In this document: positions 1-8,591 of the stretch, piece after piece
Numbering within the stretch: the first letter of the stretch is position 1
Layout of the letters: each line of letters opens with the position of its first letter
Origin: Promethearchaeia archaeon
GTDB taxonomy: Archaea > Asgardarchaeota > Lokiarchaeia > Sigyniarchaeales > SOKP01
Assembly (NCBI GenBank): GCA_029856155.1
Contig: JAHQWL010000003.1
Location: 1-12,056, forward strand
Reading direction: 5' to 3'
Length of the DNA: 12,056 nucleotides
Notes under the pieces: model-generated
What the model was told of the DNA's origin: nothing
Seen by the model: only the letters and a program-made list of their open reading frames with translations
Database searches by the model: none
Position numbers and translations under genes: made by a program

Positions 1-152
1 TAATTAGAGAATTAATGAAATATGTAAAAACCACTTTAAAAATAAACAAGATATATATTCATTGCCGTGATTCTGATAGTGCATTAAGGTCTTTATTATT
101 AAAATTAGGTATCAAGAAATCTAAAGAAGTTTTATATGAAATCGAATTATAG
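1..152 (+). CDS. 3' end of a gene entering from the left edge, probably a GNAT-family acetyltransferase
   Basis: Frame starting at nt 3 is open to TAG at 150-152 and reads IRELMKYVKTTLKINKIYIHCRDSDSALRSLLLKLGIKKSKEVLYEIEL*. This resembles a GNAT C-terminus (helix, beta strand, ...KLG(F/I), final beta strand). Not in the ORF track. Confidence 0.5.
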   Translation, partial: IRELMKYVKTTLKINKIYIHCRDSDSALRSLLLKLGIKKSKEVLYEIEL

Positions 153-407
153 TTATTAATATTATTATCAAAAAGTAGATTATCAGATAACGTTTTTTAG
201 CAAGAGAATTTGTAGTTCTTGGTCCAACTCTTAATGATGATGGAATTGAAATTCTAAAATCACTTTAATTTATCCTTTTTAAATCCAGAATATACGGAAT
301 TCAGCTAATAAATTTATATATAAAAGAATAATTTTGTCCTAATTATTTATTTTTATCCATTTGAAAAAATCAGCTTAAAAAAGACCATTTGGATGATTAA
401 GAGGATA

Positions 408-767
408 TTAGTCTTCTATTGTAAAATCTTTTATCATTGTAATATTGTTATCAATATAAATAGTAATGGCAATAAGCTTTAATTCTTCATCATCTACGGT
501 TTCTGGATCCATCATCACAAAATAAAATTTATTCCCCTCTGTATCAAAACCAACTTCCATTTCACCACAATCCTCTGGTATTATCTCCGCAATGTTTTCT
601 GGTGCATTTTTTTTCAAGATCTCGTAGATATCATCTTCAAGCTTTTTCTGACTCGCTCTGATTGTTTTAATATTTGAGAAATCAAATTGTCCCATTGACT
701 CCTGAGCCTTAGAATTTAAATCATTCCATTCTTCGAACATTTCTTTTAAATTTTCTTTTGAAGACAT
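408..767 (-). CDS. Hypothetical acidic protein, 119 aa
   Basis: ATG-started ORF with protein-like composition (N-terminal helices, C-terminal beta strands), divergent from the SagB gene across a 110-bp AT-rich gap. No family recognised. Confidence 0.75.
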   Translation of the reverse strand: MSSKENLKEMFEEWNDLNSKAQESMGQFDFSNIKTIRASQKKLEDDIYEILKKNAPENIAEIIPEDCGEMEVGFDTEGNKFYFVMMDPETVDDEELKLIAITIYIDNNITMIKDFTIED

Positions 768-877
768 AAAATAGCATTATTATTAATTAAATTAAAATTT
801 CTTATTTTCAGAAAAATAACTAATAAGTAATGAATCTGTACTATATTATAACTATTTAATTTAAATTAGATGAGATC

Positions 878-1453
878 ATGGATCTTCAACTTCCAAAGCC
901 GATATTAAAAGGTAGTAAAAGTCTGGAAGAATGTATCTACGAACGGGAAAGTGTTAGAAGTTATAAAGAGAAAGTAATTGAGATAGAAGAGATTTCACAG
1001 ATTTTATGGGCAATCCAAGGGAAAAAAGGGATTAAAAGAACAGTTCCGAGCGCAGGGGCCACTTATCCTTTAGAAATTTATGTTACTATAAAAAATGAGG
1101 GTTATTTTTATTATAATTACAGTAAGCATGTTTTAGAATGTATTACAGATAAAGATTTAAGTAATAAGCTTGTTGAAGCTTCATGGAATCAACATTTTAT
1201 TGCTGAGGCATATCTTAATGTAATAATTTGTGCTATTTTCGAAAGGACAATTGAAAGATATGGTCAACGGGGAGTTAGATATGTTTATATTGAAGTAGGT
1301 CATTGTGCTCAAAATGTTCATTTAGAAGCTGTAGCCTTAGGTCTATGCTCAGTTCCTATAGGAGCATTTGAAGACGATAAAGTTAAGGAAGTACTAAAAC
1401 TCAAAAAACAAATTGAACCTCTATATATTATTCCAATTGGACATCCAAAATGA
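878..1453 (+). CDS. SagB/ThcOx-family FMN-dependent dehydrogenase (nitroreductase fold)
   Basis: Motifs SLEECIYERESVRSY, LWAIQG, RTVPSAGATYPLEIY, RYGQRGVRYVYIEVGHCAQN and LGLCSVPIGAF are typical of the family. Confidence 0.92.
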   Translation: MDLQLPKPILKGSKSLEECIYERESVRSYKEKVIEIEEISQILWAIQGKKGIKRTVPSAGATYPLEIYVTIKNEGYFYYNYSKHVLECITDKDLSNKLVEASWNQHFIAEAYLNVIICAIFERTIERYGQRGVRYVYIEVGHCAQNVHLEAVALGLCSVPIGAFEDDKVKEVLKLKKQIEPLYIIPIGHPK

Positions 1454-1463
1454 AGTAAACGTT

Positions 1464-2012
1464 TTAATACTCTCCTTGAGCTTCAAATTCAGCTCTCTCT
1501 ATAGAAAAATACATAGTTTTAGATGGAATATCTTTAATTGGCACATGACCCATATATTTCATTCCTACTCTTTCAGCTACTTTCCACGCTCGTGAGTTTG
1601 TAGAACGGATAAATGCGATAATTCCTGTTAAAGTTGGTTCTTCAAACGCATATTCTATAAGTTTTTTCATCGCTTCTATAGCAAAACCATGACCTCTATA
1701 CTCAGGTCGCACCAAGTAGAAACACTGTGCCTTCTTACCATTTTCTGAAGATAACAACCCACACAATCCAATATAATTTCCACTTTCTTTATTTATGACT
1801 ATTAATACGATTACAGGGTTGATTGAGTTATAAGAATCTATAATAGAATTGAATATTTGCTGTGAGTTATTATCTAATTTCATCTTCAAAATGAATTTCA
1901 AGTTATTATCAGCAGTAGCATCTTTTATAATATCCGAAAAAACCTCAAAATCATCTCGGTTCATTAGCCTTAGAATAAGTCTTTTACTCACAATTTTTTT
2001 AGGAAGATTCAT
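1464..2012 (-). CDS. GNAT family N-acetyltransferase, RimJ/RimL type (about 182 aa)
   Basis: SKRLILR near the N-terminus, acetyl-CoA motif PEYRGHGFAIEA, and NSRAWKVAERVGM. Start moved from 2171 to the ATG at 2012 (MNLPKKIVSKRLILR), which matches the usual family N-terminus and removes the overlap with the divergent CPBP gene. Confidence 0.88.
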   Translation of the reverse strand: MNLPKKIVSKRLILRLMNRDDFEVFSDIIKDATADNNLKFILKMKLDNNSQQIFNSIIDSYNSINPVIVLIVINKESGNYIGLCGLLSSENGKKAQCFYLVRPEYRGHGFAIEAMKKLIEYAFEEPTLTGIIAFIRSTNSRAWKVAERVGMKYMGHVPIKDIPSKTMYFSIERAEFEAQGEY

Positions 2013-2063
2013 CTGACTATTGTGACTTATAAGATATACGTTATTAAGTTTTAAAGTTGTATT

Positions 2064-2075
2064 ATTATATATAAT
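2064..2075. promoter_or_regulatory. Palindromic TATA-like element between the divergent GNAT and CPBP genes
   Basis: ATTATATATAAT is self-complementary, about 35 nt before the CPBP ATG (2110) and about 52 nt before the GNAT ATG (2012). Weak evidence in such AT-rich DNA. Confidence 0.3.
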
Positions 2076-2109
2076 TTCCATTAAATCACGAACAATCAAA
2101 ATTACATTA

Positions 2110-2919
2110 ATGTCATACGACGAGAATCTTGTAAAAAACAGGATAAAAAACAGTTTAATATATAATTCCATAATTTTCTTGATTTTTGTATTTTGGTTTT
2201 TTTACTCTTCGTTTGATAACATTTTAATTTTATTTCTGATATGTCTACTAATTTTTTTAGTAGTTTTTGTTAAATTTATTACAGAAGTAAGATCTGGATT
2301 TACCGTAGAACAAAAAATTTTATACATACTGCTTTTTTTAATACCATTTGCTTTATTTGGGGATGCTATCTTATTTTATAACACTTCAATTACATTCTTT
2401 ATCCCATTTAGTAATTTAGTAGGTATAAAGCATAATCATAATATTATTCTATTTTTATTCTATTTCTCGATAATCTTGTTAAAATTAGTCGGGATTAAGG
2501 TTTATTTCTCAAAAAATGTTAAATTCCTTCAAGAAGGAAGAGGAGATGAAATATTTCAATTTTTTACGAAGAATATTACATATAAAAAAGTAATACTTTT
2601 AGTGATTCTCTTTCCACTGGTAGCTTTTATTGAGGAATTGATTTATAGAACACTTCTCATTAGTATTTTAACGTATTATCTTAATTTGGACTATATACTA
2701 AGTATCATTTTAATTTCAATTATTTTTGGATTAGTACATTATTCAACTTCGCAAAATTGGGGGCATGTAATTTCCACACTTATATCTTCTATAATCTATT
2801 CCCTTGCTTTAATTCAATTAGGTATTATATATCCATGGATATTCCATTTATCAACTAATTTATTTGTATTATTGTTTTATTATCAAGGAAGAAAAAAATA
2901 TTATTCAGAAATGAAATGA
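2110..2919 (+). CDS. CPBP family intramembrane glutamic endopeptidase (CAAX protease/Abi, Rce1-like)
   Basis: Multi-TM protein with EELIYR (EExxxR), FGLVH (FxxxH) and HLSTN (HxxxN) motifs. Confidence 0.9.
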   Translation: MSYDENLVKNRIKNSLIYNSIIFLIFVFWFFYSSFDNILILFLICLLIFLVVFVKFITEVRSGFTVEQKILYILLFLIPFALFGDAILFYNTSITFFIPFSNLVGIKHNHNIILFLFYFSIILLKLVGIKVYFSKNVKFLQEGRGDEIFQFFTKNITYKKVILLVILFPLVAFIEELIYRTLLISILTYYLNLDYILSIILISIIFGLVHYSTSQNWGHVISTLISSIIYSLALIQLGIIYPWIFHLSTNLFVLLFYYQGRKKYYSEMK

Positions 2920-2994
2920 TAATTAATTGAAATAATATGATTAGATCTTGAATAACCTAACAAATTTTTTAAACTAATTATCAGAAGTGATATT

Positions 2995-3639
2995 ATGACT
3001 AAAAAAATACTAATTTTGACTGGCGATTTTGTTGATGATTATGAATTAATGGTACCTTATTCTGTTCTTACTATGTTTGGATGTGAAGTTAAAATAATTT
3101 GTCCTGGCAGGGGAAAGGGTGAATTTGTTAAAACTGCTATTCATTACATTTCTATAGAAGATTGGGAGTTAGCTTTAAAGAGAAAACCTATCACATATTC
3201 AGAATCACTTGGACATCCTTTTAGATTAAATGATGATTTCGATTGGGAAAATGTAGAAAAAGAAGTAGTTAATTATGATGGGTTAATTATTCCAGGTGGG
3301 AGAGCTCCAGAATATCTATCTCTAGTTCCTGAGGTTCAAAAACTAGTTTCCCATTTTATGGAGAATAATAAGCCTATTGGAGCAATTTGCCATGGTCCTC
3401 AAGTTCTAGCCTATAGTGATGCTGCTTTAACAAAAATAGACTATTTAAAAGATAAAAAAATATATCCATATCCGTCTGTTGCTCTGGAGTGTTCTTTACA
3501 AGGAGCAATAATAGAGGATGATTACCCTGCCAACATTGCTTATACCCATGACAATCTAGTAACAGCTCCATCTTGGGACGCATTGCCGGAATTTATGAAA
3601 CAATTTCTTAATCTTCTGAATTTAAAAACATTACCCTAA
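2995..3639 (+). CDS. DJ-1/PfpI family protein (glyoxalase III/deglycase/protease-like)
   Basis: KKILILTGDFVDDYE (catalytic Glu), YDGLIIPGGRAPEYL, and AICHGP (nucleophilic Cys followed by His). Confidence 0.93.
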   Translation: MTKKILILTGDFVDDYELMVPYSVLTMFGCEVKIICPGRGKGEFVKTAIHYISIEDWELALKRKPITYSESLGHPFRLNDDFDWENVEKEVVNYDGLIIPGGRAPEYLSLVPEVQKLVSHFMENNKPIGAICHGPQVLAYSDAALTKIDYLKDKKIYPYPSVALECSLQGAIIEDDYPANIAYTHDNLVTAPSWDALPEFMKQFLNLLNLKTLP

Positions 3640-3660
3640 TGAATAGTAAAGATTAAAAAA

Positions 3661-4476
3661 ATGAAAATAGACTTTCGAGAAGCTAAGAGTATTATAACAA
3701 AGAGTAATATTCCATCAATCGATTATGTAATAAATCCATATACTGGGTGTCAACATGGTTGCATTTATTGTTATGCTGAATTTATGATAAGATTTACAGG
3801 TCATAAAGGAGATAAATGGGGTCAGTTTTTAGATATAAAAACTTTTAATTTGAATAAAGTAAAACCTCAGAAATACAATGGAAAAACAATTCTGTTAAGT
3901 TCAGTAACAGATCCATACTTACCCTTAGAAAAGAAGTATCAAAATACAAGGAAGATATTGGAAAAGCTAGTTGGAACTGAAGCTGAAATCTCAATTCTCA
4001 CAAAATCGAAATTAGTTGTTCGAGATATTGACCTATTTAAAAAGTTTAAAAATGTTAATGTTGGTATCTCAATTAGTACTTTAGATGAGAATTTTGCAAA
4101 GATTATTGAACGAGCGGCATCAAAACCTTTAGATCGATTAGACGCTATTAAACAAATTTCTGAAGCGGGTATTGAAACATATACATTTATATCACCCTTT
4201 TTTCCAGAAATTACGAATTTTAAAGCAATTATTGAAGAGAGTAGAGAATATTCAAATCGTTTCATGTTTGAAAATTTGAATTTTAGACCTCATAACGTGC
4301 CTAGAATAATAAAAGTAATAAAAGAATATTATCCAGAATTGGTTTCTAAATATAAAGAAATCCAAAAAGATCAAGGTTATTGGGATATTCTTGAGAGTGA
4401 GATTGAGAATTATTGCGAAAAAAAGAATCTTATTTATGATATTGAATTTCACCATGGAGGATTTTCAAAAAGCTAA
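3661..4476 (+). CDS. Radical SAM protein, spore photoproduct lyase-like family
   Basis: INPYTGCQHGCIYCYA (CxxxCxxC), SSVTDPY and ILTKS motifs. Confidence 0.9.
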   Translation: MKIDFREAKSIITKSNIPSIDYVINPYTGCQHGCIYCYAEFMIRFTGHKGDKWGQFLDIKTFNLNKVKPQKYNGKTILLSSVTDPYLPLEKKYQNTRKILEKLVGTEAEISILTKSKLVVRDIDLFKKFKNVNVGISISTLDENFAKIIERAASKPLDRLDAIKQISEAGIETYTFISPFFPEITNFKAIIEESREYSNRFMFENLNFRPHNVPRIIKVIKEYYPELVSKYKEIQKDQGYWDILESEIENYCEKKNLIYDIEFHHGGFSKS

Positions 4477-4539
4477 AATTATTCTTTATACTATATTTAA
4501 TTAAGAATCATATATCTCTAAGATAGATATAATCCAAAA

Positions 4540-5853
4540 ATGCCCGAAGATTACCAGATTGCTTTAAACAAATTAAAAAGAATTTTACCCTTTGTTAATT
4601 CAGTTGCATTAGTGGATGGAAGAGGCGAATTAGTTTATTCAACAGATAATTGGAATATAAAAGAAGATATAGTTGATCTAATATCTCTCTGGTCGTCTAT
4701 GAAACGTCAACCTATTATGATTTCTGGAAAAAAATATTTAATACGTACTTGTACAAGTGATAGATTTGTAGCAAGCTCACCTAAAGGAGAAGGCCATATT
4801 GTAGGTGCTAATGACGATGAAAGGACAATTATAACTCTTATTGAACCAGATGGGATTATTCCTTTTACTACTATGGAGATAACTAGAATTTTAGCTTCAT
4901 TAAAAGAAAAAGAACCTTACTTGGATGAGAGTATACAATTAGGAAAGAACATCAAATTAATGAAAGATGGATCCTCTCATAGTGAAAAAGTAAAGCAAAA
5001 TAAACTTGATAAAGATATATTGCCAAACCAAAAACAAAAAGAGCCAAAGCTAGATCTACCTTTCACAGCTCGCCTTATGGCTTATTATCGAGCTCAAGAG
5101 TCTAAACGTGATGATGCTCTTATAATAGATCCTTTCGCAGAGCGCCTTGCGGGTAATTTGGGTTCATACTTGAGTGATCATATACGTTTCTCTGAAATGG
5201 ATTATCCGCTCGTGCGTTCATATTACATTGAAAAAAATTTGTTAACGCCTTGGTGTAATAAACAAAAAGATTCACAAATAGTTCTTTTAGGAGCAGGATT
5301 AGACACACGTGCATACCGATTCAAACCCGAACATAAAAATAAACACACTCTCTTCGAGATCGATTTTCCAGAAGTGATTCAATATAAAAATGAAATTTTA
5401 AAAAATGAAAAACCTTTTTGTAATCTTGTGCGCTTATCTGCTGACCTTTCCAAACATAATTGGTTACCCTTTTTAATAAATAGCAAATTTTCTACAAAGA
5501 CCCCTACTTTTTGGGTATTAGAAGGCATTGCTTATTATATTGAAAAACAAGATTTTACCTCTTTACTCTTTAAAATAGCCGAGATAAGTACTAAACACAG
5601 TCAAATTTTCATTGATATCATGCAATTATCAAGATGGTACTCTTTTCCTTATACTTCAGATGGAATTGTAGGAGACCCCTTCTCAAAGCATTTTAAATGG
5701 GGTATTGATATTAACTCTGCTCAATCGCTTTTTGCTGAATTTGGTTGGAATGTGACCTGTTCTTTCGCTGATGATCATGATCAAGGTAGAAATGTAGGGC
5801 AGAAAGGGATGATTTTTGTTCATGGAGAGAGGGCTTCCACTATGTTTTTTTAA
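4540..5853 (+). CDS. Fusion of an N-terminal Asgard profilin-like domain (aa ~1-121) and a C-terminal SAM-dependent methyltransferase of the leucine carboxyl methyltransferase (LCM)/TIGR00027 type (aa ~173-437)
   Basis: MTase: TARLMAYYRAQES, DPFAERLAG, QIVLLGAGLDTRAYR, FEIDFP, ADL and EGIAYY. N-terminus: VALVDGRGELVYSTDNWNI, ISGKKYLI and GEGHIVGA resemble Loki profilins. The domains are joined by a Lys/Gln/Pro-rich linker. Confidence 0.85.
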   Translation: MPEDYQIALNKLKRILPFVNSVALVDGRGELVYSTDNWNIKEDIVDLISLWSSMKRQPIMISGKKYLIRTCTSDRFVASSPKGEGHIVGANDDERTIITLIEPDGIIPFTTMEITRILASLKEKEPYLDESIQLGKNIKLMKDGSSHSEKVKQNKLDKDILPNQKQKEPKLDLPFTARLMAYYRAQESKRDDALIIDPFAERLAGNLGSYLSDHIRFSEMDYPLVRSYYIEKNLLTPWCNKQKDSQIVLLGAGLDTRAYRFKPEHKNKHTLFEIDFPEVIQYKNEILKNEKPFCNLVRLSADLSKHNWLPFLINSKFSTKTPTFWVLEGIAYYIEKQDFTSLLFKIAEISTKHSQIFIDIMQLSRWYSFPYTSDGIVGDPFSKHFKWGIDINSAQSLFAEFGWNVTCSFADDHDQGRNVGQKGMIFVHGERASTMFF

Positions 5854-5949
5854 GCACTTTATGGATTTATTTTAAAATAAAACAATAAGATATAATTTAC
5901 TTAGACTATTAAATTAAAATCATAAAACTAAAAGGAAAAGTTTATTCAG

Positions 5950-6597
5950 ATGCCAAGCGGCGTAATTTCTCACCAAGCACCAGGATTAGCATTAAAAATT
6001 AAATATCCAAGTAGGTTTGATGGAACAGCTCTATGTCTCAGTACCTTAGTTCCTGATTTAAATGTGCTGGTTGATCCCTTTATACCATTTTCATTCAGAG
6101 ATTTTACTCATAGTTTATTAGGATTAATAATTTATACTATACCTTTAACGATAATATTAACAATTATTTTTTGTAGAAATATTAGTCCATTTGTGGCTAA
6201 GATTGCGAAAAGAGAAAATGTAATATATAAACCCTTGAAATATTTTGGCGTAGATGAATGGGATAACTTTAAGAAAAAAAAATACAATAAGAGATATTTT
6301 ATTGTTGCGTCTTATTCAGCTCTTATTGGGGGTTTAACACATCTTTTACTCGATCTTCCTGCACATGAATATGTACAGTTGTTTTTTCCAATAATATTAC
6401 AAAATCCCGATTTTTTATTATACTCTATTATAGATTTTGGCCCTATTACTATTGGTTCGATGCAAATTGAACGTAATTTAACAGTCTATCAACTTATATG
6501 GATGGTTGAAACCTTAATTACATTTGTCATAGCTCTTTATCTTCTTAGATATATTAAGAAACGCAATTTAATAAGCAAATGGTATACAGAAACATGA
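5950..6597 (+). CDS. DUF4184-like membrane protein (YdjM-like putative metal-dependent hydrolase)
   Basis: MPxxxISH N-terminus, PDL, FTHS and THLLLD motifs with hydrophobic TM segments. Confidence 0.75.
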   Translation: MPSGVISHQAPGLALKIKYPSRFDGTALCLSTLVPDLNVLVDPFIPFSFRDFTHSLLGLIIYTIPLTIILTIIFCRNISPFVAKIAKRENVIYKPLKYFGVDEWDNFKKKKYNKRYFIVASYSALIGGLTHLLLDLPAHEYVQLFFPIILQNPDFLLYSIIDFGPITIGSMQIERNLTVYQLIWMVETLITFVIALYLLRYIKKRNLISKWYTET

Positions 6598-6664
6598 AAA
6601 AAACTTAATAAGGATTTATTAAATCATCAAAGCAAATAAAATAAACAATTTTATACTCAACGAT

Positions 6665-6674
6665 AAAAAAAAAA
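6665..6674 (-). terminator. Archaeal oligo-T terminator candidate
   Basis: T10 on the minus strand about 15 nt after the NosD-type gene stop at 6690. Confidence 0.4.
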
Positions 6675-6689
6675 GGCTCTAATGAGCCA

Positions 6690-8205
6690 TTAATATTCAA
6701 ATGTAAATGTTCTATTGAGGACAAGTTCAGTATACATATCATAATTATAGAATCCAAGTATCCACTGATAAAAATGGTCTCCTTCTGGAAGTCCCGCATT
6801 ACGTAAGTAATCAGGTGGTAATATTATATAGAAGTATTCGATATAACCAGGCTCATCATATGCTACTTCATCAAAGTACCAAAAATTGCCTTGACAGGAA
6901 TAATCTACTCCATAAAACCTAAATATTGCTGTATAAGGAGGACAAAATTCACGGTATGTTCTTTCTGAAAATAATTGTTTCATTCCTATCATAATATAAC
7001 ATGTCTCATCAGAGCGTATCGTAGCGAATCCTCTTAACCAATTAGAATCGGGATCTAAAGTTACTTCTATTAATTCTTGTTCTAAAGCATTTAGAATTTC
7101 CCAACCGCTCTTTTCCATGAATGGATAAGCATCATATCCTATGAAAGGCCATGGAGAATCTCCTAAACCGTCTTCATTATCATCTGTACCAGTGTAATCT
7201 GACCAGTAATTTCCTTCAAGCATGTAGGGATTGTACCATTCATTCATCCAATATTGCGCGTCCCATGCTTGTAGATCGTTGCTAATAAGATTATTATGAT
7301 AGATACGATTATAATCACAATCTACATCAAGCCCAATGCCATAAGTATTGTGTTTGATTGTATTTCTAACAATCTCATTATTATCAACATTAGCCAAATA
7401 AATTCCATTAACATTTCTTGCAATTGTATTTCCGTAAATAAGGTTGTCTTCCGCACCAAAGTAATACCAATCGACAATTGCAATACCCGTTAGATCATTT
7501 CTTCTACAAAAATTCTCAAATATACTATTACCAAAGGATGAACCTACCACAATCCCTGTATCAGAGTTTCTTGTACAAAGATTCTTGGATACCATATTAT
7601 AGTTGGAATCAAGCCAAACCATTATCCCCCATGTATTATCTCTGCAAGAATTTCTAGTTATAATATTGTCACTGGATCCTTCAAGATATATTCCTGGTCC
7701 TGCATTTCCATTACAGAGATTTTGTTTTATTTCATTATTGTATGAATACATTAATGCTATACCAGAACCCTGTCCCGAGTCTGGCCACCCATTATTAAGA
7801 AATTTATTATTAAGAATGACGCCATTGGATGTGCTGACTAATATAAGTCCTGCATTTCTCACCCCCGGCGGGGGTCTAGTATTATATAAAATGCAATTCT
7901 TTATTTCAAAGGATACATAGGAGTTCATGATCATTATACAAAAAAATGACTCCTCGCCATTAATTGCTACATTCTTTATTATATAAGGATCTTCTTCCGT
8001 ACCAGACCCTTTACACCAAGGTTCTAAAGCTGCTTCCTCCCAAGTGTAATCTCCAGAATTCCAATCATCTATAATTATAGGATCAAGAGTCCAACGTTTC
8101 GGTCTACATCCAACTACAGCTACCACTGGAAGAGTAAATGTAATTGTAAGCATAATTGCCAAAAGACTTATCTTAATAGTTTTTTTTTGCGTTTTTTCTC
8201 ACCAT
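6690..8205 (-). CDS. Secreted NosD/CASH-type right-handed parallel beta-helix protein; the probable true start (ATG 8205) is out of frame by one base
   Basis: GSGTEEDPYII motif, ~22-24 aa N-x-I-x-x-N...GI repeats, IYHNNL and GNYWSDYTGTDDNEDGLGD. The in-frame ORF is 6690..8162 (TTG start) with an in-frame TGA at 8199-8201. Removing one A from the A6 (8192-8197) or A9 (8180-8188) tract joins ATG 8205 and gives a complete signal peptide. Confidence 0.85.
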
Positions 8206-8223
8206 TATTTTTTTTAAGATTTC

Positions 8224-8241
8224 TTGATCAATATTGATCAA
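8224..8241. promoter_or_regulatory. Perfect 18-bp palindrome, candidate operator
   Basis: TTGATCAATATTGATCAA starts 19 nt upstream of ATG 8205 (minus strand) and lies downstream of a minus-strand TTTATA at about 8262-8267. Confidence 0.55.
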
Positions 8242-8591
8242 AGTTTGGATATTTCAATTTGTATAAAAAGAATATGTTGAATATAAGCAGTAAGTTCAGG
8301 AAAAATATTAGTAAAACATATATTTTAGTTGTAAAAATTTACGAATTACTAGCAAAATTAGAATAACTAATCATTTTTAATATAATCGATTCATAAGAAA
8401 TAATTATTAGTTTTTTGCAGTTCTAATTAGCAAATTTAACTATTTTCTTTTTATTTTACAAAATAGGGTTAAAGCTTATAGAAAAATTTCATACATGCGC
8501 TTTTCCTTCTGATATGTACCATTTTTTCTTCTTTTTCTAAAATATTTTAGGTCAATGAAGATTTTAAACACATGAAGTAAAAGTGAACGAT

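Noticed and set aside
2013-2171. N-terminal extension of the GNAT ORF
   Set aside because: It overlaps the divergent CPBP start and intergenic DNA; the family-typical N-terminus begins at ATG 2012.
1451-6597. Selenocysteine readthrough at the TGA stops of the SagB, CPBP and DUF4184 genes
   Set aside because: The domains are complete at the TGA; the CPBP and DUF4184 TGAs are followed closely by TAA, and SagB readthrough would run into the convergent GNAT gene.
1413-7920. Short ORFs 1413-1595, 3374-3583, 3939-4265, 4252-4455, 5120-5314, 6605-6799, 7296-7493 and 7603-7920
   Set aside because: Antisense or alternate-frame shadows of well-supported genes, with no motifs.
8350-8430. Imperfect inverted repeat (AATTAGAA...TTCTAATT) as an ncRNA or MITE
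   Set aside because: Short AT-only arms expected by chance; no target-site duplication or stable stem.
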